Positions 48,724 through 58,876 of a DNA stretch of 64,000 nt are shown piece by piece. Position numbers and translations under genes: made by a program. The notes under the pieces are model-generated. The model searched no databases, was not told the origin of the DNA, and was given only the letters and a program-made list of their open reading frames with translations. Origin of the DNA: Ferruginibacter sp. (lineage in GTDB: Bacteria; Bacteroidota; Bacteroidia; Chitinophagales; Chitinophagaceae). Positions within the stretch are counted from its first letter, which is position 1. Every line of letters begins with the position of its first letter. The stretch is from positions 29,342 to 93,341 of the forward strand of contig JBDUEK010000004.1 of the NCBI GenBank assembly GCA_040002495.1, given 5' to 3'.

Positions 48724-49116
48724 ATGAGTTATGAATTAACCGGCAAACTAGTTGCCAAATATGATACCGTACAAAAATCAGCAACATTTAAAACAAGAGA
48801 ATTTGCTGTAGAGAAAACCGAAGATATTGGTGGCAGAACTATAACGAATTATGTTAAGTTTCAAACGGTGCAAGACAAAACTAACATCATTGACAAAGTG
48901 GCTGTTGGTGATGAAATAAAAATACATTTCAATATTAAAGGGACCAAGTGGGAGAAGGAGGGTAAAATAAGTTATTTCACCAACCTCGATGCATGGAGAA
49001 TAGAACCAACGGCTCAATCAAGCAAAGCAAACGAAGGTACTGACACAGAATACATGGAGCCACTGGATACTTTTTCTGCAACGTCTCCTGATGCAATAGA
49101 CGACCTTCCGTTTTAA
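48724..49116 (+). CDS. DUF3127-family protein (OB-fold-like, acidic DDLPF tail)
   Basis: F..REF, NYVKFQ..QD, F.IKG..W, YFTNL.AWRI motifs. Confidence 0.88.
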   Translation: MSYELTGKLVAKYDTVQKSATFKTREFAVEKTEDIGGRTITNYVKFQTVQDKTNIIDKVAVGDEIKIHFNIKGTKWEKEGKISYFTNLDAWRIEPTAQSSKANEGTDTEYMEPLDTFSATSPDAIDDLPF

Positions 49117-49250
49117 TTCTCTTGCCCCAAGGGAAAATGCAGCGGCATAATTATCCCTTTTAGTTTTAATTATTCAACGTTAAATAAAATTCTTTGAAGA
49201 GATTGGCTTACACCTTTCTCTTCAAATTTCCCTTTCGGGAACTCCGGGGC

Positions 49251-50840
49251 ATGCAACAAAAAATTTCACTAAAAATACTTCCCCATGAAGCCGCTGATCA
49301 AGCGGTTATCAAATCACTTATTGCAAAAAATACCGGCAGAAAAATTAGTAGCATTACAGGCTACCAGGTTCAAAAAAAATCCATCGATGCCAGGGGCAAA
49401 ACAGTATGGATAAATCTCACTTTGAATGTATTCATTGATGAGCCTTTTCAACATACTATTGTACAGGAATTTTATTTTAAAGATGTAAGTAAAGCATTAA
49501 ATAAAATTATCATTATAGGTGCCGGCCCTGCAGGTTTATTTGCTGCACTTCAGTTAGTTGAATCAGGTATTCAACCTATCATTTTAGAAAGAGGAAAAGA
49601 CGTGCGTGCAAGAAGAAGAGACCTTGCATTGCTTAATAAAGAAGGCATAATTAATCCGGATAGTAATTACTGTTTTGGAGAAGGTGGTGCAGGTACTTAT
49701 AGTGATGGTAAATTATATACCCGCAGTAACAAACGTGGCGACATAGACCGTATATTGAACCTATTTGTATATTTTGGTGCGGAAGAAAAAATTTTGTACG
49801 AAGCCCATCCGCATATCGGTACAAATAAACTACCTCACATTATAACCGCAATGCGTGCAAAGTTGATTGAATGTGGTGCTGTATTTTTATTTGAAAAGAA
49901 AGTTGTTGATCTTATAATTACAGACAATATTATAAGAGGAGTAGTTACTGCTGATGGAGATGATTTTAATGGAGATGCTGTAATACTCGCAACGGGACAT
50001 TCGGCCCGTGATATTTTTGAATTACTGCATCAAAAAAAAATCATCATAGAACCTAAACCATTTGCCCTGGGTGTAAGAGTTGAACATCCACAAACTTTAA
50101 TTGACAGCGTTCAATATCATGCTGCTTCCAGGGGCGAATTTTTGCCACCTGCATCTTACAACCTGGTACAGCAAGTTGATGGAAGAGGCGTGTTTTCTTT
50201 TTGTATGTGTCCCGGTGGTATTATTGCACCCGCAGCAACTGCACCAGGCGAACTGGTTGTAAATGGCTGGAGCCCTTCAAAAAGAAATAATCCTTTTGCA
50301 AACAGTGGAATGGTAGTGCAGGTAGAAATGGCCGATGCAATCAATGCATTTGCCAAATCAACCAAACAAAAAACGGATGCCAGCGATAACACCTTATTAT
50401 TGATGCAGTTTCAAAAAATGGTAGAACAAAATTGTTTTGTAGCAGGCGGTGGCAGCTTTAAAGCACCTGCTCAACGAATGGTTGATTTTTCAAACGGTAA
50501 TCTGTCTGGTAGTATGCCCGTTTGTTCTTATCAGCCAGGTTTACAATCTTCACAGCTTAACGAAGTACTGCCAGATTTTATTTATAAATCGCTTGCAAAA
50601 GGTTTTATAAGTTTTGGTAAAAAAATGAAAGGTTACTTTACAAACGAGGCAATTGTAGTAGCTACTGAAAGCCGCACATCGTCACCAGTGCGCATACCAC
50701 GTGATGCCATAACACTTACGCATCCGCAAATAAAAAATTTATACCCCTGTGGCGAAGGCGCTGGTTATGCCGGTGGAATAGTAAGTGCAGCCATGGATGG
50801 AGAAAGAATTGCATTGCAACTGGCCAGTGTTTATTTATAA
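49251..50840 (+). CDS. NAD(P)/FAD-dependent oxidoreductase (conserved uncharacterised family)
   Basis: GAGPAGLFA, GEGGAGTYSDGKL, ATGHSARD, SFCMCPGG, ESRTSSPVRI, GEGAGYAGGI; ATG at 49251 preferred. Confidence 0.9.
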   Translation: MQQKISLKILPHEAADQAVIKSLIAKNTGRKISSITGYQVQKKSIDARGKTVWINLTLNVFIDEPFQHTIVQEFYFKDVSKALNKIIIIGAGPAGLFAALQLVESGIQPIILERGKDVRARRRDLALLNKEGIINPDSNYCFGEGGAGTYSDGKLYTRSNKRGDIDRILNLFVYFGAEEKILYEAHPHIGTNKLPHIITAMRAKLIECGAVFLFEKKVVDLIITDNIIRGVVTADGDDFNGDAVILATGHSARDIFELLHQKKIIIEPKPFALGVRVEHPQTLIDSVQYHAASRGEFLPPASYNLVQQVDGRGVFSFCMCPGGIIAPAATAPGELVVNGWSPSKRNNPFANSGMVVQVEMADAINAFAKSTKQKTDASDNTLLLMQFQKMVEQNCFVAGGGSFKAPAQRMVDFSNGNLSGSMPVCSYQPGLQSSQLNEVLPDFIYKSLAKGFISFGKKMKGYFTNEAIVVATESRTSSPVRIPRDAITLTHPQIKNLYPCGEGAGYAGGIVSAAMDGERIALQLASVYL

Positions 50841-50936
50841 TTTAACTGGAATTGATAATTCGCCATTCGTAAAACTTATCCCTGCATTACTTGTCATTCC
50901 CATATTTTTACTAATCTTACAGCATAATAAGCAACC

Positions 50937-51866
50937 ATGAATATATTAGAGCTACACAACCTGAAAAAATATTTTGCTACTCAAAAGGCAGTAGATGATA
51001 TTAGTTTCGAAGTTGAACAGGGAAGTATTTTTGGTTTACTCGGACCAAACGGTGCAGGAAAAACTACACTTCTCCGAATGATCACCGGTATATTTTACCC
51101 GGATAGTGGCCATATCATTTTCAATGGAAAAAAATATGATCCTGTTAATGATGTTGCATACATAGGTTACATGCCCGAAGAAAGAGGCTTATATAAAAAG
51201 ATGAAAATAGGCGAACAGGCAATTTATCTTGCAAGGTTGAAAGGACTTAGCAAGACTGATGCAATAGAAAAAATAAAAGCCTGGTTTGTAAAATTTGAAA
51301 TGCAAAGTTGGTGGAACAAAAAAGTTGAGGATCTGAGTAAAGGCATGAGTCAAAAATTACAATTTGTTACCACTGTATTACATGAGCCAAAACTCATCAT
51401 ATTAGATGAACCATTCAGCGGCCTTGATCCTGTAAATGCAAACTTAATAAAGGATGAAATATTTAACCTGGCAAAAAAAGGTAGTACAATAATATTCAGC
51501 ACCCACCGGATGGAGCAGGTTGAAGAAATATGCAGTCATATTGTACTGGTTAATAAAGGAAACAAAATATTAGATGGAACAGTTACAGATATTAAAAACA
51601 GGTTTAAGGAAAATATTTATAAAATAGAAGCAAAAACATCTGCCGAAAATCTGATGACTTATATATTTGAAGTGATCAAACATCAGCCCCAGGAATTATT
51701 AATAAAGCTGCAACACGACAGCACAACAAATGATGTACTGAAACATTTTATAAACCAGGATATTGCCATTCATTCATTCAATGAAGTATTGCCTACATTG
51801 AATGATATTTTTATTAAACTGGTGGAAGGAACTCCGGAAGCACGCCAGTTTCAGGAGATAAAATAA
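50937..51866 (+). CDS. ABC transporter ATP-binding protein (NatA-like)
   Basis: GPNGAGKTT, LSKGM, ILDEPFSGLD, STH. Confidence 0.95.
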   Translation: MNILELHNLKKYFATQKAVDDISFEVEQGSIFGLLGPNGAGKTTLLRMITGIFYPDSGHIIFNGKKYDPVNDVAYIGYMPEERGLYKKMKIGEQAIYLARLKGLSKTDAIEKIKAWFVKFEMQSWWNKKVEDLSKGMSQKLQFVTTVLHEPKLIILDEPFSGLDPVNANLIKDEIFNLAKKGSTIIFSTHRMEQVEEICSHIVLVNKGNKILDGTVTDIKNRFKENIYKIEAKTSAENLMTYIFEVIKHQPQELLIKLQHDSTTNDVLKHFINQDIAIHSFNEVLPTLNDIFIKLVEGTPEARQFQEIK

Positions 51867-51908
51867 ATAACGACATCGTAATTCTTAAACCGAACAACAG
51901 TTATCTGT

Positions 51909-53225
51909 ATGAATAAGATATCACTTATTTTAAAAAGGGAATACATTACAAGGGTTCGCAATAAAACATTTTTGTTGTCCACTTTTTTGTTGCCGATTGT
52001 TATGATGCTATTCATTTTCGGTACTGCCTTTTTTGCCATGTCTGCAAAAGATAAGTTTAAGAAAGTAGCCGTTGTTAATGATCCGGGGTTATTCACTGTT
52101 AACCTAAAAAGTGATTCTACCCGCATGCAGTTTGTTTTTACATCGAATGTTGACAGTACAAATTTTACCGAAAAGGGCTATGATGCGGTGCTTGATTTAC
52201 ACAATGATTCTGCTTCAAGAAGATTTACAGTACATTCAAAAAAGCAGTTGGGGATAGAGGGTACACAACTAATAGAAAACAGACTGGATCGTGCTTTTGA
52301 AAAAGAACGTCTGATGAAAAAAGGAATACAAAAAGAAACATTGGATAGCATCAGCAAAGAAACCTCGGGCATGTTTGCAATCGAAAACAGACTTACAAAT
52401 GAAAAAGGTGTTTCGGAAGGGGTAAATGCAAAAGTGAATTATGGAATTGGTTTTGGAAGCGGCATATTGATTTATATTACCATGTTCATTTTTGGTGCGA
52501 TGGTGATGAGAGGTGTAATGGAAGAAAAAACAAACAGGATTGCAGAAGTAATGGTGAGTAGTGTAAAACCATTTCAATTAATGATGGGTAAGATATTCGG
52601 TATTGCGGCGGTCGGATTAACGCAGCTCCTATTGTGGGTAGTTTTGCTAATAGCATTATCTACTATAGCTGGTTATTTTTTACCCAGCGAAATTATACAG
52701 CAAGCTGGCCAGGCAAGTAATAATATACCGGGCGGAATGAACCAGAACAGTCAAATGGCCATGCAACTGTCACACATGCTAAAAAATTTTAGCAATGTTA
52801 ACTGGTTTATGATCATTGGTTGCTTTATGTTTTACTTTTTGGGCGGATACCTTTTTTATGCATCTTTATTTGCAGCCATTGGTAGCGTGATAAATGAAGA
52901 CCCACAAGAAGCACAATCATTAATGCTGCCAATAACAATGCCCATCATTTTTGGATTCATTATTCTTACGAGCAATTTAAGTACGCCGGACAGTACCGTA
53001 ATGGTGTGGGCAAGCATTATACCGTTTACTTCGCCAATTGTAATGATGGGCAGAGTGCCGAGCGGTGTGCCGTGGCCACAACTGTTATTATCAATGGTAC
53101 TTTTAATTGGCGGCTTTTTATTTACTACCTGGCTTGCCGGAAAAATTTACCGCACAGGCATTTTAATGTATGGCAAAAAAGCATCGTGGAAAGAAATGTT
53201 TAAGTGGGCTTTCCGCAAATCATAA
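51909..53225 (+). CDS. ABC-2 type permease (NatB-like)
   Basis: REY..RVR, EEK.NR..E...SSV.PFQLM.GK, PFTSP. Confidence 0.92.
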   Translation: MNKISLILKREYITRVRNKTFLLSTFLLPIVMMLFIFGTAFFAMSAKDKFKKVAVVNDPGLFTVNLKSDSTRMQFVFTSNVDSTNFTEKGYDAVLDLHNDSASRRFTVHSKKQLGIEGTQLIENRLDRAFEKERLMKKGIQKETLDSISKETSGMFAIENRLTNEKGVSEGVNAKVNYGIGFGSGILIYITMFIFGAMVMRGVMEEKTNRIAEVMVSSVKPFQLMMGKIFGIAAVGLTQLLLWVVLLIALSTIAGYFLPSEIIQQAGQASNNIPGGMNQNSQMAMQLSHMLKNFSNVNWFMIIGCFMFYFLGGYLFYASLFAAIGSVINEDPQEAQSLMLPITMPIIFGFIILTSNLSTPDSTVMVWASIIPFTSPIVMMGRVPSGVPWPQLLLSMVLLIGGFLFTTWLAGKIYRTGILMYGKKASWKEMFKWAFRKS

Positions 53226-54245
53226 GGTTGATGCCAGCGGCTTTTCATCTCCAAAAAGGCTTTTGTGTATTTCACTTTTTGCATAACGAAACAGCAGGTT
53301 AATTATCAACAGTATTGAAGCTAAAATGCATCCGATTATTCCTCCTGCAATACCATAAATCAAAGCTGAAGGTTTTGACATTGCAAAAGGTTCTGTAGGT
53401 TTATCCAATACAGAGATAATAGGAGTTAGTTTTTGCAGTCGCCAGATAGCCTCTTCCTGGTTATTTAAAGAAATATCCCGTTGCCTTACATACCGTTGCT
53501 TATCGTTATTTACTCTTTCCCGAGGTATATCGTACTCTAATTTATCAGGCGCAAAAAAGGTGGTATTCTGAAGCTGAATAGCTCTTTTATCTACCCCTTT
53601 AATAATTGCATCAAGCGAATCAATTTTTTTAACTGTAAAATTATAATCGGCCTTTGCTTTTTTTATTTTGAGGTCAATATAAAACTGAGATATCTTATCT
53701 ATCAGCACAAAAGAAATGGGTGAAACAAGTGATCTATTTTCATTACTAAAATAAAGTTCAAACACGCCGTTCTTACTCATTTTTGCATCAATACAAGGTT
53801 CCAATAATTCTCCGCCAATAACTGCCAGCGAAATACTATCTGTTGTTGGCTCAATTGGCTTGGAAAAATAAGATTTGTTTTTATTGTAATCATCCATCAA
53901 CAAAGACGCAATTGTTGCATTATTAAATTGTGGCAATTTGGTGGTAGCCACAGATTCCCTTACAAACCTGCTTAAACTAAGTTCAATAATATTGATAGCT
54001 GCTTCACTACTAAAACTTTTTGGTGCATCGCCCAATCCAAGTAACCCTGTTAATGCATTGGAGGATAAATTATTTTCCATTGTACTTGTTAATGGGAAAA
54101 TAGTTGCCTTTGCAGTAAATACCGTTTGTTGGCTTCTTGCATAAAAGAAAAGCAACAATGCAACTACTAAACCTACAGCAAGTATAATCAACTTAAACCT
54201 GCTGATTCTTTTGAATATTCCTCTTATGAGTTCTGATGTAGTCAA
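53220..54245 (-). CDS. Wzz/polysaccharide co-polymerase-like protein
   Basis: Two terminal TM helices, periplasmic coiled coil, VLDKP..P before TM2; follows a Wza-like gene. Confidence 0.7.
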   Translation of the reverse strand: MTTSELIRGIFKRISRFKLIILAVGLVVALLLFFYARSQQTVFTAKATIFPLTSTMENNLSSNALTGLLGLGDAPKSFSSEAAINIIELSLSRFVRESVATTKLPQFNNATIASLLMDDYNKNKSYFSKPIEPTTDSISLAVIGGELLEPCIDAKMSKNGVFELYFSNENRSLVSPISFVLIDKISQFYIDLKIKKAKADYNFTVKKIDSLDAIIKGVDKRAIQLQNTTFFAPDKLEYDIPRERVNNDKQRYVRQRDISLNNQEEAIWRLQKLTPIISVLDKPTEPFAMSKPSALIYGIAGGIIGCILASILLIINLLFRYAKSEIHKSLFGDEKPLASTL

Positions 54246-54259
54246 CTGCAGGCTTTTTA

Positions 54260-56647
54260 TCAGCGTTTTAAAATAATGTAGGTAATAAGAATTGGGATAG
54301 CTGTAGTTAACCCTTGTGTGAAAGCATTTGCAATCTCCTTATTTTCGGGCCTTTCAGGAATTGTAATAGTACTTCCTTCCTGCACTTTTGGATAAAAATG
54401 AGCAAAAAATAAATTCTTTGTTCTGCGGCTTCTTCCATTGGCATAGGTTACAAAAATCCTTCTTCTCCAGGGCTTGATTCCAAATCCACCGGCCCTGTCA
54501 ATATAATAGGATAAATTGGTATGCTCTTTATCGAAAGTTATTTTTAATGGCGACTGCACTTTTCCTTTTATAGTTACAAAAGGATTTACCTCCGGAATAA
54601 ATATTACATCTTTATCCTGCAAAATGATATCATTTTTGGAGTTTCTGTTTTGCATTGCTTTAGTAAGATCAATGCTAACAGGTTCATCTAAATGATAATT
54701 ACCACTATCTACGATTGGCCTTCCGGTAGAATCTGTTTTGGGCTTTGATGATAATTTATCTCTTAACATGGTTGTTTTATACCGGTATAAAATTGCTCCT
54801 GAAAGATTGGCATTTTCTCTTATACCGCCGGCTCTTTCAATATAGGAAGACAATCGTTCATCTTTATTTAACCTCGGATAAAAACCTTCATACATAACCT
54901 GTCCCAATATCTGTACATTTTGCTGTAATTCAAAAGTGGGATTTTTCCTAACAAATACCTGGTCGTACGGACGCAGTATTACTTTGGCTGATGCAGTATC
55001 CAATTCAAGATCTGCTAAAATGGAATATGACCTTACAATGGTACGGGTAGGTTTTAAACCTTGCTTGGCAGAATCTATATCAACTATACTGGATATTTCG
55101 AGCCTGCCATATTCTGCAGATGGTTTTAATCCACCCGATAAATAAAGTAAATCCTGCAAAGTCATCCCTCCATATTTTTTAACCTCTCCTTCCTTTCTAA
55201 CTTCTCCAAATATGGAAACAGTTTGCTGTTCACCAAACTCACTTGATGAAAATAATTGCACAATGTCATTTGCTTGCAACGGTACATTGTTAATACTGGC
55301 AATATCATCTTTGTCAATATCAGTAAGGCTTACTTCCAGTTTATCTGATTTGATGTTGGTAGAATCGCCGGCACCTCTGAAAATATATGCTCTTGGCAGG
55401 TAGGTATTTTTTGTAATTCCACCAGCTCTGTTGATCACGTCAAATAAGCGGTCGTTTTGCCTTAACTCATAGATACCCGGATACGTCACCGCTCCTTTTA
55501 GTTCAAGTTTATTTACTATACCTGGTTTTATCAGGTTTGCTCTTACAATATCGCCATCTGTCAATAAAAAATCCTGGTTAGGTAATTTAATGATAGCTGT
55601 AGCATTTACATCTCTTATTACCTGGGTTTCATTTTCAGTTCTTATCACTTTAAGGTTTGATGAATATGCATCTGATGTAAGGCCGCCACTAAAATTTAAT
55701 AAAGCCTTTATACCTTCATCTTTTTTTAACTGGTAGAACATTGGGCGTTTAAACTGACCGGTTGCCAAAACTTTCTTTTCAACATTGGTAACTAATACAA
55801 AGTCATTGTTCTGCAGGTATATTTTCTTTCCAAGGTCTCCCGAGGTTAAATATTTGTATACATCCAATACCTCCAATATTCTGCCGTCTCTTTTAACCTG
55901 TATTTCTCTCAGGTTACCGTAGTCAGTAACGCCACCCGCAAGGCCAATTGCATTGAAGGCGTTTGAAAATGCAGAAACAATTACCGGGCCCGGGTTTTCA
56001 ACATTTCCGCCTACGTTTACATTAATTGTTCTGGGTTGCCCAAGTGTAACCTGTATGTTGGTTCCCTGTGGCACTTTGCTTCTGAAACGGGCATAAATAA
56101 GCGAACGGGCGACTTCAAAAGTGAGGCCCTGTACTGTAATTTTCCCCAGGCTGGCAGGGAAAATAGCTCCGTCTCTTGCTACAATGTAATCTTCCTGGTA
56201 TTCGCCGCCGCCCCATAGTGAAACTATTATATGGTCACCAACACCTATCGGGTAATCTAATGGTGGTGTAGAAAGCTCAGAAACATCGTTCATCGCAGAA
56301 TTCTTAAAAATATTTGCACCGTAGGTTTGGTCGGGACTGTACACGCCTCTTCTTATGTTATCAATTTGAGTGCTGTCTTTATCAAGCGATTTATTTTGAA
56401 GGCGGCGTGCTATTTCGGGGTTTTCCTTATTCTTATCGTTACCAATGTTTTTTGGCTGGTTATTATCTTTAAAGTAAGTGTCGAAACCAGATTTTGTCAT
56501 TTGTGTAGGATCAATCCCATTAGGCAGTAATTCATTAATCTGCTGTTCACTTGGTACCGGCGTTTGACCAAAACCTGATAAGGAGATAAATAGTAGTATA
56601 AAAAGCGCTGCATTTCTCTTCACAATGAACTTAAAAATACCTTGCAT
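54260..56647 (-). CDS. Polysaccharide export protein with multiple SLBB domains (Wza/KpsD-like)
   Basis: DYPIGVGD, repeated V.I.G.V..PG / GG SLBB units, C-terminal amphipathic helix. Confidence 0.88.
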   Translation of the reverse strand: MQGIFKFIVKRNAALFILLFISLSGFGQTPVPSEQQINELLPNGIDPTQMTKSGFDTYFKDNNQPKNIGNDKNKENPEIARRLQNKSLDKDSTQIDNIRRGVYSPDQTYGANIFKNSAMNDVSELSTPPLDYPIGVGDHIIVSLWGGGEYQEDYIVARDGAIFPASLGKITVQGLTFEVARSLIYARFRSKVPQGTNIQVTLGQPRTINVNVGGNVENPGPVIVSAFSNAFNAIGLAGGVTDYGNLREIQVKRDGRILEVLDVYKYLTSGDLGKKIYLQNNDFVLVTNVEKKVLATGQFKRPMFYQLKKDEGIKALLNFSGGLTSDAYSSNLKVIRTENETQVIRDVNATAIIKLPNQDFLLTDGDIVRANLIKPGIVNKLELKGAVTYPGIYELRQNDRLFDVINRAGGITKNTYLPRAYIFRGAGDSTNIKSDKLEVSLTDIDKDDIASINNVPLQANDIVQLFSSSEFGEQQTVSIFGEVRKEGEVKKYGGMTLQDLLYLSGGLKPSAEYGRLEISSIVDIDSAKQGLKPTRTIVRSYSILADLELDTASAKVILRPYDQVFVRKNPTFELQQNVQILGQVMYEGFYPRLNKDERLSSYIERAGGIRENANLSGAILYRYKTTMLRDKLSSKPKTDSTGRPIVDSGNYHLDEPVSIDLTKAMQNRNSKNDIILQDKDVIFIPEVNPFVTIKGKVQSPLKITFDKEHTNLSYYIDRAGGFGIKPWRRRIFVTYANGRSRRTKNLFFAHFYPKVQEGSTITIPERPENKEIANAFTQGLTTAIPILITYIILKR

Positions 56648-56693
56648 TTGTCATGGATTGATTTACAATACTGGAAACGAAGTAAATATAATA

Positions 56694-57647
56694 TTATTTT
56701 ATCTGTAGCGGCTGCTGTAGGGCAACTTTAAAATCATTCCAAAGTTCATTTAAAATAGTTGCTGCTGGTAAAATATTATCGATAAGGGCACTTACCTGGC
56801 CAATTTCAAGTTCTCCTTCGTCCAGGTTTCCTTCAAACATTCCTTTTTTGGCTCTTCCTTTACCCAATAATTCCTGTAACTCCCTTTGCCCTGCGCAATT
56901 TTGATGGGCTTCTTCAACTTTTTTGTAAAAATTGTTTTTAATCAATCTAACCGGAGTTAATTGTTTTAATGAAAGCATGGTATCTCCTTCGCCTGCTGCA
57001 AGTACTGCTTCTTTAAATTTTGGATGCGAAGATGCTTCATCGCTTGCAACAAACCTGCTTCCTAACTGTACAGCTTCAGCGCCAAGTATCATCGTTGCCA
57101 GCATCTGTCGTCCGGTAGCAATGCCACCGGCTGCAATTACCGGAATTGAAACAGCTTTACAAACAGCGGGAACTAATACAAGCGTGGTAGTTTCTTCCCT
57201 TCCATTGTGGCCGCCGGCTTCAAAACCTTCCGCAACAACAGCATCACAACCTGCTTCCTGCGCCTTTATGGCAAATTTGCTACTGCTTACGACATGCACC
57301 ACTTTTATTCCATGTTGTTTAAGCAATGGTGTATATAATTTGGGGTTACCTGCAGATGTAAAAACTACGGGAACTTTCTGATCAATGATTGTCTGGATGT
57401 GTTTATCTATATCAGGGTATAACAATGGCACGTTTACTCCAAAAGGCTTGTTGGTTGCAGCTTTGCACTTAACGATGTGCTCTTTTAGTACATCGGGATA
57501 CATGCTGCCGCTGCCAATCAGTCCTAGTCCACCGGCATTGCTAACCGCACTGGCAAGGCGCCATCCGCTGGCCCATACCATGCCCGCCTGAATTATGGGA
57601 AAATCAATATTAAAAAGTTGAGTAATCCGGTTAGAGAAAGATTGCAT
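56694..57647 (-). CDS. Nitronate monooxygenase / FabK-like flavoenzyme
   Basis: PIIQAGM, AVSNAGGLG, EGFEAGGH, AAGGI..GR, GEL EIGQ. Confidence 0.88.
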   Translation of the reverse strand: MQSFSNRITQLFNIDFPIIQAGMVWASGWRLASAVSNAGGLGLIGSGSMYPDVLKEHIVKCKAATNKPFGVNVPLLYPDIDKHIQTIIDQKVPVVFTSAGNPKLYTPLLKQHGIKVVHVVSSSKFAIKAQEAGCDAVVAEGFEAGGHNGREETTTLVLVPAVCKAVSIPVIAAGGIATGRQMLATMILGAEAVQLGSRFVASDEASSHPKFKEAVLAAGEGDTMLSLKQLTPVRLIKNNFYKKVEEAHQNCAGQRELQELLGKGRAKKGMFEGNLDEGELEIGQVSALIDNILPAATILNELWNDFKVALQQPLQIK

Positions 57648-57701
57648 TCGTTAGCAGTTTTACCAATATACCTTAACAGGTAATGAAAATTTATGTGCCA
57701 G

Positions 57702-58694
57702 CTATCCCAGGTCTATGTCTGTATTATCGCCGATATTCAGTGACCGGGTTTCACCTTTTATACCAGTGTCGCTACCAATCAGGGAGTCATCCAGTACTAC
57801 ATCATATAACCTGGAAAATGACCCGATGATAGATTCTTTTACAATGGTATAATTTAAGATAGTATGGTCGCCAATGGTTACGTTGGGGCCAATTACAGAA
57901 TTTTTAATATCGCATCCCTCAGCAATACTTACTGGTGGTATGATGATGGTATTCTCAAATCTTTCCAGGTCTGCTATTTTTCCACCAAATTTTTTCAATA
58001 AAGTAGCATTGGATTTAAGCAATGTTTCTTTTTTACCACAATCAAACCAGGTTTCTACTTTAATGGATTTGAATTTAGCCTTGCTTTGAATCATGCATTC
58101 GATCGCATCTGTAAGGCTACGTTCTTCAACAGTGCGATCAGCTATTTCCATGATCTTTTTTAAACAAACAAAGAGTGAATTGGTTTCTTTGATTTTATAG
58201 ATGCCCACCAGGGCCATATTACTTTTAGGAATAGCGGGTTTTTCTACTACCCTGCTGATGAATCCATCTTCTTCAATTTCAGCCACGCCAAAATTTCTTG
58301 GATCATCTACCTTTTTTACAGCCAGCATTGAATAGGGAGAATCAATCATGGCTTTTATGTCGTATTCTGCAATAGTGTCGCCCAATACAATAAAAACCTC
58401 TTCGTCGCCTACAATTTCTTTTGCAAGGTCAATAGCATGACCTGTTCCATATCGTTCATTCTGAAATACAAAATGACAGGTAAGATCAGGGTAATTAGCC
58501 GTTACATAATCCTTTATTTTTTCGCCCAGGTAGCCAACAATAAAAATGAAATCTTTGATGCCGGCATCACTCAACTGATCTACAATAATGCTGAGAATTG
58601 TTTTTCCTGCTAAAGGAATTAAGGCCTTTGGCTGTGTATATGTATGTGGGCGAAGTTTTGTACCTGCGCCTGCAACGGGAATAATGGCCTTCAT
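57702..58694 (-). CDS. Sugar-phosphate nucleotidyltransferase (long-form RmlA-like, C-terminal left-handed beta-helix)
   Basis: AGAGTKLRPHT..PKAL, VEKP, WFDCG, hexapeptide-like C-terminus. Confidence 0.9.
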   Translation of the reverse strand: MKAIIPVAGAGTKLRPHTYTQPKALIPLAGKTILSIIVDQLSDAGIKDFIFIVGYLGEKIKDYVTANYPDLTCHFVFQNERYGTGHAIDLAKEIVGDEEVFIVLGDTIAEYDIKAMIDSPYSMLAVKKVDDPRNFGVAEIEEDGFISRVVEKPAIPKSNMALVGIYKIKETNSLFVCLKKIMEIADRTVEERSLTDAIECMIQSKAKFKSIKVETWFDCGKKETLLKSNATLLKKFGGKIADLERFENTIIIPPVSIAEGCDIKNSVIGPNVTIGDHTILNYTIVKESIIGSFSRLYDVVLDDSLIGSDTGIKGETRSLNIGDNTDIDLG

Positions 58695-58876
58695 ACTAAA
58701 AAACTTAATCCTAAAATATGCGGAATATGGTTTAAAATTAGTGTTGAACTATTTTCAACGAGGTGTGAAAGTAGTTCATTTTGTGTAAATGATACATGAT
58801 GCAACTCGTTATTTATTTGGATGGATTCTGTTAAGTAACCTGCCGTTTGTATATTTGCACACACAATAAAAGACAC

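Noticed and set aside
58847-58876. Longer N-termini for glyA, gmk, uvrA and the FAD oxidoreductase given by the ORF track
   Set aside because: For glyA and uvrA the extensions contain a TAnnTTTG promoter element; for gmk and the oxidoreductase they show no family similarity. Downstream ATGs were preferred.
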